The notes below the pieces were generated by a model. The model made no database searches. It was not told the origin of the DNA and saw only the letters and a program-made list of their open reading frames with translations. DNA of 64,000 nt from Podarcis bocagei (taxonomy: Eukaryota): assembly GCA_964188305.1 (NCBI GenBank), contig OZ076889.1, one strand, 5' to 3'. The position numbers and the translations under genes are program-made. Positions 12,931-25,318 of the stretch are shown here, one piece after another. The first letter of the stretch is position 1. Every line of letters begins with the position of its first letter.

Positions 12931-15359
12931 AGAGGGATTTCCCCATCAGCCTTGACCTCAACGTCAAGGGAAATAAGCCAGAAAATACCAACCAACCTCC
13001 AGACAGTAATGCTAACCAGTTCATGTAATGCTGTTGTGGGTGGACGGTGCCAGGGTGAAAGGGTGTGTGTTTGGGTGTGGGTGTGTGACAGCATGAAAAG
13101 GAAGTTCTATGCTATTTCAGATAGTTCTTCTGGAAGGACAGCATAACTGAGGCTGCCCCTTCCGCTTCCTACATAACAACTTAATCCTCAGGCAGGAGCC
13201 ACATGGAGGGGGAAATGGCAGGATGGTTCTTCATCCAGTATGTTGGTAGAGAGTTTGCCACTGGGCCCTGGCTTTAATGAGGATTGACTAGATGGTACGA
13301 AACAGCAGCAATCTGCTTCTGAACTAGGGAAAGCTGTTCCTAATTGGTACAGGCCTTAGGCTATTAGCCCTAGGGACCCCCTCCCTCAACTAATTGGATC
13401 ATTTGCATATTTCTTCATAACAAGGCTTTGGGGGAAGGATTTCAAAGGCAAAGACTTGTATGTGTGTGTGTGTGTGTGTACATACACACACACATTCCAA
13501 AGTAAGGCCTCTCACACAAAGTGTCATCGCTACCATTAGGTGGCAGGAAGCAGTCACAGCTTCAGCAATTTGAGGCTCAATCACATTTGACCCCAAGCAT
13601 TAAGCATCCCCTATACAGGAAGCACATAGTTGTAGGCAAATGTGTGGAATGCATGTGCAGATTGCGGTTCGGATCCAGACTTAGTCCTATGTGCAATAGA
13701 CTACTGCAATTAATGGCACTTAATTTCCTCTTAATTCAAGTCTCATTGATCTCATTGCGTTAAATCTAAGCACAACTAAAATCTGTGACATGTAACAACT
13801 GGGCACATATTGGGCCAAACACACTTCCCAATTATGTGTTCTGTCTGAAATAGACACATGAATGCTCATCACACAATATAAACGGCTTAGGACCTCAATA
13901 CCTCAAGAACCGCCTCTTTCCATATGAACCTACCTAGACATGTAAAAGGATGGACGCCTCTGGGTATGTATTGTACTTGAGGTGGGAAGCTACAAACGTA
14001 GGCTCAATTCAGATGAAACATCAAATCATGGTTTATCATAAGAACAATATGCAGCAAGTCTTAGACTTGCATGTTCCCTCCTTCCCATCACTTTATGCTC
14101 AAGGGAAGGAAATTAAAAGTTTCCACAAACCACAGGTTCTCAGACCTTGTCCTTGTCTGATCTATGGCCCATAGTGCTGCTTGATCTAGGAACAACAAGC
14201 CATGGTTGGTTGTTACATCTGAATTGAGCTGTAGCATTCAGAAGGAGGTAAAAGTCAACAAGTATATTTAGGAAGGCTGGAATCCCTCAAACTGGAATTC
14301 ATCAAATTGCCCTACAGCTAGCCCAAAAGTAAATACTTCAATATGGCCTCAAGTGTAATCCCCACTAGTAGACCTCCTGCACTATTTCCAGCTGGAGTGG
14401 AATAGTTGACCTTGGAGGCCTTCCCTCCCTGCCCCATCCAATTACTGGCCTAGGGTGTCCCCCTGCCCCCTGCAGACATCAAGCTAAGAATATACCTATC
14501 TCTAATAAGTTAATGATGTCACTTCTTTCCTATGGATAACCAGGTGTCATGGGAAGACCACTCATTTCTGTAGATTTCCATTAAGGAAGCGTCGTCCCTT
14601 CCCAAAATGATAAGAGGGACAAAATTTGTTCACTGTGTTATTTTTTTAAAGGCTGTTTTAGGTTACAATAAAACTTGACAGAAACTGAAATTAAATATAC
14701 TCTGTTTTGATTATGCCTCTGTTCAAACCAACCCAAAAACCCCAGCTGTCCTCTCTGCCTTGCAAGAGCTATCTCTTGTTGCAACCCAGGAATGAATACT
14801 CAGCCTTGAGGGGGATGGCTAAGTGCCACTATTTTTATTGCTGTTTTAAAGGGCAGAAGCGAAGAGTTAAAAGTTTCCCATTCAAGTCTCAAAACTACCT
14901 CAGGTCACACAAAGAAGCCAGCTAAACACAACTGATGTTTCCTGAAGGAGAAAAGCTCCCTGAATTGACAACCTAGCATTTTTCTCTCCAAACCACACTG
15001 CGACAGCCTCTGAGCTCTATTCAGTCCTTGTGCTAGCGACAAAAATTGAACAGTCAAGTCAACATCATAAAAGTACTTATGTTCAATAGTGATTAGGATT
15101 TAGAAAAACAAAGCTTGCACCAGGGGGTCATCCCATATAATATTCCAGCATAGCCACTCCATTTCTGACTTCTTGGCTCTGCCTATGAAAGAGGATTTGT
15201 GCAAACTTTTAAAATAAAATGCTAAATTCAGACCATGCTGGATTAGAAAAACAATGAACAGAACAGAGCTGGCTACCTTAGCGCGTGTGTGTTTTGCTAT
15301 TTAAAGCGTCAAAAGCCCCTCTTTGATCTTCTAAATCCTCACTGTTAAGACACTGCAGC

Positions 15360-15498
15360 CAGGGACTGGGAACCTGTGGCCCTCCAGATATGGCTGGACT
15401 CCAGTTCCCACCAGCCCCAGCCACCGTGGCAAATGGTCAAGAATAATGGGATCTATAGTCCCAGCATCATCGAGAGAGCTGCAGGTTCCCCTTCCCTG
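15360..15498. mobile_element. hAT-type MITE (CAGGGA..GGGAACCTGTGGCC family)
   Basis: TIRs cagggactgggaacctg / caggttccccttccctg; palindromic interior. Confidence 0.7.
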
Positions 15499-15735
15499 CA
15501 TTACAGTCATGTTTGCTTGGTCTCTCAAAACGAGAAGCAACCAGGGGCAAGTCAGACAATTACCCTGACTCAGACAAACTGCTCTAAAATGCTGGATGCA
15601 ACTTTTCATGTCAGGGTTCAGGGAGAAATAAAGAAAACTGCTGCTGGTTTGCGATTGCTGTCTTTGGCCAGTGCTATTGGCAGCCTTTCCAGTACTAAGA
15701 TGAGAAAGGAAGTCAGAGCATGGTGACTCCCAATA

Positions 15736-15960
15736 CAGTGGTACCTCAGGTTAAGAACTTAATTCGTTCCGGAGGTCCGTTCTTAACCCAAAACTGTTCT
15801 TAACCTGAGGTACCACTTTAGCTAATGGGGCTTCCTGCTGCCGCTGCCACACATTTTCCATTCTCATCCTCAGGCAAAGTTCTCAACCCAAGGTACTACT
15901 TCCGGGTTAGCGGAGTTTGTAACCTGAAGTGTTTGTAACCTGAAGTGTTTGTAACCACTG
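15736..15960 (+). mobile_element. Tc1/mariner-type MITE, copy 3 (short deletion in right TIR)
   Basis: TA|CAGTGGTACCTC...GTAACCACTG|TA; ~9 bp lost between ACC microhomologies. Confidence 0.88.
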
Positions 15961-16321
15961 TACTGGCTTTATCTATTGATGACAGTCTTTAAGCAAGGGA
16001 CCAACAAATTGACATGTCTGCATGCTAGATGCTTACCAGCCAGACACCAGCTTTGCTAACCAGCCTTGGGGGAACAGAGCCAGTCATACAAAACCAGTGA
16101 CAACAGCACAAAATCACATGGCAACAGGTTCCTTTTCTACCAGGCACGGCATATTTTCCTTTCAAGGTTGTAGCTACCATTTGTAGAAGCATCCTTATTC
16201 AGATTAGAAATTGTCCATGCAAGCAAGATTTAAAGTTACACAATAACGTTCAAAATGTGATGGAGAGAAATAAATGAAATGTAACAAACAGGTGTCCAGG
16301 TTTTCATTGTTCTAGCATAAC

Positions 16322-16588
16322 GGTAAAGGTAAAGGACCCCTGGACAGTTAAATCCAGTCAAAGGTGACTATGGGGTGTGGTGTTTGTTCACAGACAGCTT
16401 TCTAGGTCATGTGGACAGTGTGACTAAACTGCTTCTGGCACAACGGGACACCGTGACGAGTGCCAGAGCACACGGAAAAGCTGTTTCCTGTTGCAGTGGT
16501 ACCTATTTATCTACTCGCACTGGCATGCTTTTCAACTGCTAGGTTGGCAGGAGCTGGGACAGAACAACAGGAGCTTCACCCCATCGCG
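16322..16588 (-). mobile_element. Sauria SINE (Squam1-type), 5' truncated
   Basis: (ACCTTT)n tail seen as ggtaaaggtaaagg. Body gtacctatttatctact...tgctaggttggcaggagctggg is shared with 46766-47018. Confidence 0.85.
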
Positions 16589-17044
16589 TATTGTTCCAGC
16601 ATATGCCCAACTCAGTACATAGTTGCTCCTCCACGGCAAAGCTGCCAAATGTGGATCGAGTAATAGAGTTGGAGCAATCCCACAACCACTTTAGCGCATA
16701 AGAGTTTTGCTTGGCACTGTTCCATTCAGCCCATATCCACAGTGTACTAACTCTGTCATCTGACTTTGACCCACACTTTCCACACTGTGGTGGTGTGTTA
16801 AATGTGGGGTGAGCTGCTCTTGGAATGTGATGCAGCAGATCTAGGGATGCTTCAGCTCGTGCTGAAGTAAACATACCATTTAGGGTATATGTACTGACTT
16901 CTGTAATAGCCCCTTAGTACTTGTCCAGACAACAACTTCCCACCTGACTGATCATCCTACAGTGCAGTACAGTGAGGAGACACTGAAAGAAGAGATAGTG
17001 CACACTAGCATAAATTGTTATTTTTGAACCATATTCCTGTTAAC

Positions 17045-17337
17045 CATAGCTGGAGCAACAATTTGGAAGAGTGAGGCAGCTGCCTCAAGCAGAAAATGCT
17101 GTAGGGCATGCAGCGTCAATGAAGTGTTGTGGGGCAGAACTGTGTGTGCCCTGCAGCTTGCCCTGCACCCCCTAAGCTAGTGGCCTGACCTTAGGTGCGG
17201 TGCAGGATGCTGCCCTGCCACCAACATTGAGGTAAGATCCATCTCTTAGTCCAGCCAGCCTCTGTATGTAAAAGGGGGAAGGCACCAACCACCTTATTCT
17301 CTGCCTCAGGTGGCAAAAAGTCTTAGGCCAGCCCTGC
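17045..17337. mobile_element. Degenerate hAT-like non-autonomous element
   Basis: Subterminal tgcctcag/aag motifs and end gtcttaggccagccctg. A similar fragment lies at ~29110-29170. Confidence 0.4.
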
Positions 17338-18349
17338 TGTTAGCCTGGCCCCTGCTCTGCTATTTGGCCTAGTGTGGAATGGATCAGTACAGTCCTTATA
17401 TGACTTCAAAGTGGTCAGTCAGGACTGACCCTCCACACTCCCTTCTCGTAAAAGCAGCTTAAAGTTGCCGATTGTCCGGTCTCAGAATGAAAGGCAGCTT
17501 CTTGCATCATGCAACTTGGAAGGAGTGAGTAAAAAAATCCCCACTCACATATACAAAGAGATGAAAAGGGCAGCGCTGCTTCCTGAGCAGCTCAAAATAG
17601 CCAAGTGTAGTGGGAGGAGATAAGCCCTAAGCACAGATGAATTTGATTTGATTATGCTCTCCATGCTACGGATTCCAGGGAGCTGGCTTGGCCGTCTTGT
17701 TTGGGATTTAAGGGCGGCTTTGTTTAAAGCTGACTCCAGCTCTTTGGACATGACCTATGGTGAGGAAAATCAAACCAAACTGCCCCAGCCTTTCTCTGAG
17801 AAACATTTCAGGACCTTCAAAGGGAAAGACTGGACCGTGCTCCGCAGCACAGGGCAAGGAAGGGACAGATGGGCTTTGTTGCATAGCCTTAAACACGCAT
17901 GGCTTCCCAAAAAAGATCTAAGGAACTTGGCACTGCCCAGCCCTGTACTATGGTTGGGTTTTTAAAGCTGAGCCTCAGTCCCAAGCTATTTTGAATTGTT
18001 TATGCATAAATAAATGAACATATGCCAAGCTCTTCCCCCATCTCCATCTGAACAAAGCAGCACACTTGCCCTGAAGCCAGAACAAGGGTGAAGATAGCTG
18101 CTGCCTGCCTGGCTTACACTCAGGGGGCATCCATGGGACTCTTAGATGCACCAATGCAGGACTCGCAATCTCTGAATTACATATTTCTCTCCTATGTAAA
18201 CCATCCTGCCAATTTTTATTGAAGGAAGGTATGAATAATAACAACAACAACAACAATACGAACAGGGCGATACAGCGGTCCTCCACACAACCCCTGCATG
18301 GCACACGTGCAGTCCATACTGTTCCTCCATTGTACATAGTGCTGATACA

Positions 18350-18570
18350 CTGCTTTAGTCAAATACCCAAGAGCTTTAGACACATTATTTCAGTAATCCT
18401 TTCAACAACCCTGTATGGTAGATCAGCATTATTATCTTACTACTGCAGGCAGGGGCTGGTGGGAAGCCAAATCAGAGAGTGGTTTGCCTGAACACACCTA
18501 GTAAGATTGTGACGAAAATGAAACTTGAACCAAGGACTTCACAGCTCACAATGGCACTACACCAGCTCTG
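18350..18570 (-). mobile_element. Old MIR/CORE-like SINE
   Basis: aatcctttcaacaaccctgtatggtag...ttgcctgaacacacctag...acttgaaccaaggact...cactacacc. Confidence 0.55.
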
Positions 18571-21500
18571 TATGGCTGACAGGGGCATGTCCAGGGTGAC
18601 CTGTATACTCTGGTTTCTGCTTTCAGTCAGGGGTGTGTTATATGGCTGTCAGCGTGTGACATTCTCACCAGGCAGCTGCTGGGACCTAAGCAGGACCCAC
18701 CACTGTTGCTGGATGGTTGGTGGCTGTGTGTGGGAGCGACCTGCCATTTTAAATAATAAACGCTGCCTCTGGGGTACTGCAGAACTGTGGGAAATTTTTA
18801 AAAGTAGCAGCCCAGTGGGAGGCCCCAGCTTCCTGAGGTCCCCTCAGACACCGAGCCAGCCCTGTTATGAGAAAAAACACTTCATGCACTTTTAGTTGTG
18901 GTGAAACAGGCAATGCTGCCACTTCATAATATGCCACCCCCTTTTTACGCACATACCTGTGTACTTTGGGTTCAAAGAACAGGTGAGGGAGTGACCTAGA
19001 AATGACACAATGCTTTGAGAAAAAAGTGGGTTTGATTTTCATCTCACTGAATGGCCTCACCCACACTCCTCTCCCTGGTCACTTGTAGGCCTTGGCCCTC
19101 CATCTGTAAAATGAGGATTATGAGGTATAGTTGCCACCCTTTTTTCTGGCAGAGTTCTTATGCCTTTAACGAGTGCATAACTGGCAGAAATTCAACTGGC
19201 AATCTCCCCATGCCTCAGAAAGCCACACTTATTTAATTTCTGCCTGAATTGCAGCTGTTAAAGGTACAGGATTCCTGCCAGCAGTAAACCGAAACCTGTG
19301 AGGGGCCTTGGGATACCATACAAACATATAAAGATACTTCGAGCTGACCATAAGTGACTCATAGGAATATCAAAGCTTGTTACTGCCACACAACACAGAG
19401 ACCTAAAACTTCATCACGTGGCATACAAGATACCCTGATTACCAGTAAACACTTGGAAATATAATATTTCTTTATCTCCTCACAAAATAAGAAATCCAAA
19501 GTTTACCACAGAAAGACTAAGAAAGATTCTACTCCTGCAGAAATATTTGATTCTTCCCCGAAAACTCTAAGCTGAATTTAGTAGGCATATTACACCTGGA
19601 TAACAAATAGGATATAGAAGTCTTAAGTTAACATTTTAGCTGAGCCATTGATTGAGGCGGCATACAAACCATACACTTAAAGTACTTTTGAAACATCCAC
19701 CCAAGAATCATAGGAACTGTAGTTTGTTATGGGTGTTGGAATTGTAGCTCTGTAAGGGCTACAGTTCCCAGAATCTGTGCCCGGGGTGGGTGGGTGGGTT
19801 CATACCCTCACTGGTTGATGTTAGGCATGCCACACACTCACAGCCGCAACTTGCCATCTGAGAAGTGGGAACATCAAGAGCTCGTTGCACAGGACTGCAT
19901 GAGAAGGAATAAAGTACTGCAAAGCAGGCTATAACCTATGCATACACTTTGGCTGGGTGAATTTATTCTGAAGACCTGGTCATGCTTCTAAGATATGTAG
20001 ATCAAAGTCAGATTGCAGGGGCAGGTCTTACAAAATGGAGAAACAAGAACCAATGGAGGAATTATAAAAGTGTTAAATGGAAAAGTTCAGAGCAACCAAC
20101 GCAGGACAATTTGTTAACGTAGCAGGAAAAAGAAGGGTAACCAGATAACAGGCAGCAACTGGGCAAAGTCAGAACTGCCAGAGAGAATCCTCATTTTGGG
20201 ACCTGCATGACCCCCTTCGCCCCTCCAAGTCTTGGTTGCCATTTCTGCCTGCAGTGTTGGTCCTTCGGGAAGGCCAGCGTCAGAGCTCGGGCTGAGCAAA
20301 GTCTGACAAATGGAACAGGAAAGCCAACCTCTCTAGTGCTATTTCCTTTGCCTCATGGGATGAATGGGGGCTGTGAGCCATGGAATTCAGCTGACTCAAG
20401 CCAGACAGGAAATGGTATTAAACCTTCACCATCAATTTGAAATAAAACAGGGGCCGAAGCAAGGAGGCTGCTGTGTGACTCACTCAAAAATAGGGGTAGC
20501 TATGCGAGCCCAGCATTACTTTCAGTAACCTGGGAGGATGTTTAGTTAGAGAAGGTGGTAGAGGAGCAGAACAGCTGCAGGGAGAATCTCTTGGAAGGCA
20601 ACAGCATGACAGGACGCCCACACTTGGATTGGCATCTTTCCAACCACACTCACCTTTATTAAATATACTCCTGATTTCCTTTCCAACACTCAAAGACAAG
20701 TTATGTCTTCAAAACCCACTTTTTAGACGTCCTCATCTCTTACCCCAACTCTGTGCTAACAGAACACTCCTGTTCACAGAATCACATAATTGTAGAGTTG
20801 GAAGGGACCACGAGAATCATCTAGTCCAACTCCCTGCAATGCAGAAATCTTTTGCATGTTGAGTTATGTCTGCTGGGCGGGACAGGGTTGCTCCTAAACA
20901 GCCTTGCACTGGCAGAACACCATGCAACATCAGCAGAATATATCTATGACTATTCAAATATGCTGGTCTAAGAATGCCCTTTCCCTGGTGGAAAGCTACT
21001 ATTGGTGCCATGAAAGAGGAAAGATTGGGGGGAGTTTGGGGTGTGGTGGGGGAAGAATAAAGATCAGTCAGAAACCTATGCCTTGTTGAGGGGTCAATCA
21101 TGACATCATACCATCATGCTTGCAAAAGGGGTGACACAAGTGAATGCATTCCCACTGGAACTTATAGATGACTACAGACTATCATTGCCTACTCCCACCT
21201 CCTCCCTCTCCAGCCCTAGTCAAAACAAATAATTTGATCCTAAAGCTGTGTACACACTATACTTTTACAGCACTCCCCAAGTATCCCGGGGACAGTATTG
21301 TGTATTTAGGGTTGTGCTGGGAACTGTATCTCTGTGAGGGCTAAACTACAGTTCTCAGCATTCTTTGGGCGAGGGGGAAGAGAGTGTCACACCTCATCTT
21401 CAAAAGTTTGGTGGGTGGGCTATGGAAACTGTTGGATATCTTCATTGGATTCAGTCCAGGTCTGAATGTTGTGCCTGTTTCCTCAAATCCTGAATTGTGT

Positions 21501-23417
21501 CTCCTGAATGCAGCCAAGCCTGTACTGTTGCATGTGTGAATAAAGATATCTTTATTACTTACAAGAAAGAGCCGCTGTCTGTGGGCCTGAGGCAGGACAG
21601 AAAGCTTGAACAGGAGCATTCCCACATGGTGCCATTTTGTTGCAGTCCTCAGTTGTGGGAATGCATACACTGAATGTATTCAGAAGACAACTGGTTAAAC
21701 TAGGAATTGGTGCACTTGGGTACAATGCCCTAATGAAAGAAATCTCACCCTGCAGTTCTATGGCTTCTCAGATGGTATCTCGGCAACCACAGAGTGCACT
21801 GGATCTTCCTCACTAAGATGGAGAAAGAGCTTCAACTCTTTCGATTTCAATGTCACATTTCCCCCTCCTCACTGCCACTTCTCTCTGCAAGAGCTCTGAT
21901 GTCGGTAAGACTGGGGGAAAAGAGGGATGTGGAGATGGTTTGGGAACAGACTATGGGAAAGTTATGGATCCAAAGGATCCATAGAGTTTGTGGTACCCCA
22001 ACACTCCTCCCCCCTCAAACCGGGGAATGAACTGGAGCTGGCAGGAGCACCAGTTTGGCTCAGCCAGTTCATTTGCACTGCGCCAACCTCGCCACCTCGT
22101 GGACTTGTCAGAATTTGATCCTCACCCCAGAGACGCTGAGTTGTTGAAGTGCAACCACTGCTCTTGGACAGTTTAATGCTGATAGCAATGTTTAGAAAAC
22201 GTCAGCAAAGACAAAGCTAAACAGAGCTGTCCAAATGTTAAGCACAGAAAATTAGCTTGAAAAATTGTGCCACCCACTCAAAGCCGGGAGTGAGATGAGG
22301 AGGTCTGGAGGTGTGTTTGATCTCAGATCTGAACATCACAGAGCCCTGTCACTGTGGAATCTGAAACTCAAGGCCAAGTTCTGGTTCTGTTCATGAGATT
22401 AAAATAAGAGGTGGGTGGGTGGGAAGGGACGAGGCGTCTGCTGATGTTACAGGGAAATCACACTTTCATGAAAAGTTGACTGACATAGGTAGGTTCTTTC
22501 CAGATGACATTCATGTTAGCACCTGGGGCTCAGGCTGATGTAATGCTCCTTAAACTGGGGGAAAGTAAATGCTTCCAAATGCCAGCTCTGTCTCAGGGAC
22601 CTCAGTGGGGCTTTGTCTCCAGGAACGACAAGGAGAAAGCATGACTCATGAGCGGCGGCCTGGCCCCATTGTGTCTGTGAGATGAGTCCAAGGCGTTCCC
22701 ATTTATTTACCCTTCTCTCATCACCACCAAATATAACAGATGAGCTCATGAATCTGACGGACTTGGGCTTTATTTACACGGCAGGTATAAATAAAAAAGC
22801 AGACAGCAAAGACACAGGGCCACCATGCATCCCATAGTGAGCTAAGTGACCCTGGCAGACAAACCTGAAGACTGAGTAAATAATCCAGGGACATGAAACC
22901 CAGAAGCCACACACAATTTCCACCATCAGGACACTAATGCAAATACCAGTTGCTACACAGACAAATTCTGGATTGTTTTGTTTTATGCTTTAATGTTTTG
23001 TAAGCCACTTTGAGATCTTTTCTTTAAAATATGAAGCGGTATAAAAATGAAATGAATCATCATCATCATCACTTCTCTGTTACCTGAATGATTAAGTAAT
23101 TTCAGTCGAAGCCCATCATCACAAAGGCAAACATCACTCCCTGAAAGTCTTTTCATTGAAAACATATTCTCCTTCCCCTGCCACCTCTACACATACCTGC
23201 GATCATGTGTTTTGCATCCCAAAGTCTACCTGGACAGTAATTTCCTTTGTCATTCCTCCATCCCCACCAGCAGATAAATGCAGAACTGAAAATGGTTAAG
23301 TGAGCAAAAGAGATACCTTGAAAATACAGGTATCCTTTTTTTCCCTATGCTGAAATTCTGAGAGCTGTGGAAACAAAGTCTTTTGAGATGGTCGAAAGAG
23401 TTGGGTGAATTTAAAGG

Positions 23418-23610
23418 GCAGGTCCACACCACATAAGAATTTCCCATATTTAAAGCACATTCAACACATACGGTATTTAAAACACACGGCGTCCCCTCAA
23501 AGAATTCTGGGAACTGTAGTTTGTTAAGGGTGTTTGGAGGGGGGAAACTACAGTTCTCAGGATTTTATGGGGGGGGGGGAGCCATGTGCTTTAAATGTGC
23601 ATTGGCTGTT
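23418..23610. mobile_element. Palindromic lizard MITE (tttaaagcaca...gggaactgtagttt...aaactacagttc)
   Basis: Internal inverted repeats gaactgtagttt/aaactacagttc and atttaaagcacat/atgtgctttaaat. Related copies at ~19662-19790 and ~21245-21420. Confidence 0.65.
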
Positions 23611-23654
23611 ATATGGCATGCATCTGCCTCCTGTTTGCTAGAGAAGACAAGATT

Positions 23655-23900
23655 AAACATCTTCAAGTATCTGAAAGGCTAACACAAAGAAGATGGAGAC
23701 GACTTGTTTTCTGTTACTCTGAAGCGCAGGGCAAATTCCATCAATGGGTGGAAACTGCAAGGAAGCATATTCCAACTAAACATTAGAAACAACTTCCTAA
23801 CAGCACAGACGGTTTGACAGTGGAACAGACTGCCTCAGGAGGTGGTAGGTACTCCTTTGCTGGAGGTATTTCAACAGTCTTGGCAGCCATCTGTCAGGTT
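23655..23900 (+). mobile_element. CR1 LINE ORF2 C-terminal fragment
   Basis: tcttcaagtatctgaaaggc (FKYLKG), aacattagaaacaacttcctaac, cagtggaacagactgcct (QWNRLP); homologous to the CR1 at 52.4-53.2 kb. Confidence 0.8.
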
Positions 23901-24877
23901 AAACCAGTTTGAAAAACTGCTAGGCTCCAGCTACACACTCTAATCTGAGGAGCTGAGCACTTCAGCGGCCAGTGTCAAACAAGCTTAAATTTGCAATTCA
24001 AACACCTCCCTAAATCATTCTAATCAGCTTAAGATCTTGCAAGAAGCAACCTAGCAGCTCAGGTTTCATACAGTGTTGGTTAATGATCTCTTATTTAGCT
24101 GCTTTTCTTTAACTCAGAAGGCGGGGTTACCAAGGATGTGCCTAGAATACAATCTACAACCAAGGTAAGGTTGCGGTCCTCTGTCCAGCTTTAAAGCTTG
24201 GTGATATGAAGCTATTCAAATGTTTCTGGTTATAGCATACATTTAAGAATGTGAGCTTTATGAATGCAAATATTAAAAAGGTTGCACACTGGATTTCAAG
24301 CTATTAGTTTCATTATGGGTGGAGTAATGGAGAATGCAAGAACACAAGAAAGAGAATTTTCATTTTTTTCATTTTTATTTTTAATAGCACTGGATATACT
24401 GAAAGATAACTGTGTGCTCTATCATACATATGGGCTGCTGTAGCAGTGCCATTGAGATTCTGCAAGGTCATTATAATGAATGCCCCAATGCTCAAACAAG
24501 AGAGAATCTTGTCCTTTGGCGAGGATGGCTGCATAGATAGAAAGGCAAATGACACAATGCCAAGGCGGAAGTCATTAAAGCAGGGTTGGAGCACTTCCTA
24601 CAGCCCAGTGTTATCTCCAGCCAGATTTCATCTGGCCCTGAAGTGCTATGTGTGCACTAGGACCCTGCTCCTGTTCAGGCTAACATGATAACTCAGGAAG
24701 GTTAACAACATACTATTGTTACACACAGACATCCAGGCTAAGGTAGAGTGCCACTGAGTGAACAGGCTGTGGGTGAGATTAACATTTATTTATTTTTTGA
24801 AGGATTCATTTCAAGTGAAAAACAGCTGGTGCTCTCATAACTTACATTCATAATTCAGGAGAAAGCGAATTAATGTT

Positions 24878-25318
24878 GGGCTGTGTACACACAACATTTT
24901 ATTCTGGAATCAATAAGACTCAGTGCTTGTTTTTTCTATCTAGTCCACAAACAATCTAGTTCCATTGCAAATTTTTCTTGAAAAACTGGTTTCATTCCAA
25001 AAATGAAAGCTCATTGATTCTGCATTACCCCACAGTGTGTCCACTGGTGGTACTGGTAATTACCAGGGTAGCCACAGGGTAGCCACACCTGCCCAAGGAC
25101 ATTGTGGGTATGCACATGCCAAGATCACAATCATCTTCCTTCTCCTGCGGCATGCACAGGGAGGATTTTCAAGCATGTTGCAGGCAACCCCACCCGCCCT
25201 TGCAGGTGGCAGGACCTGGAATCAATCTAGATTGAAACCAGCATGTTGAGGATGAGAACGATTCAGTATTGAGCAAGAACACATTTTTGTGCTACATATG
25301 AGTTAGCGTGTACACAAC
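24878..25318. mobile_element. Putative non-autonomous DNA element with ~14-bp TIRs
   Basis: gggctgtgtacacac / gcgtgtacacaact ends; internal inverted repeat ~25022-25113. Confidence 0.35.

Noticed and set aside
24313-24688. Overlapping ORFs with a hydrophobic stretch, considered as nested-gene exons
   Set aside because: No match to any protein I recognise, weak acceptor and no donor.
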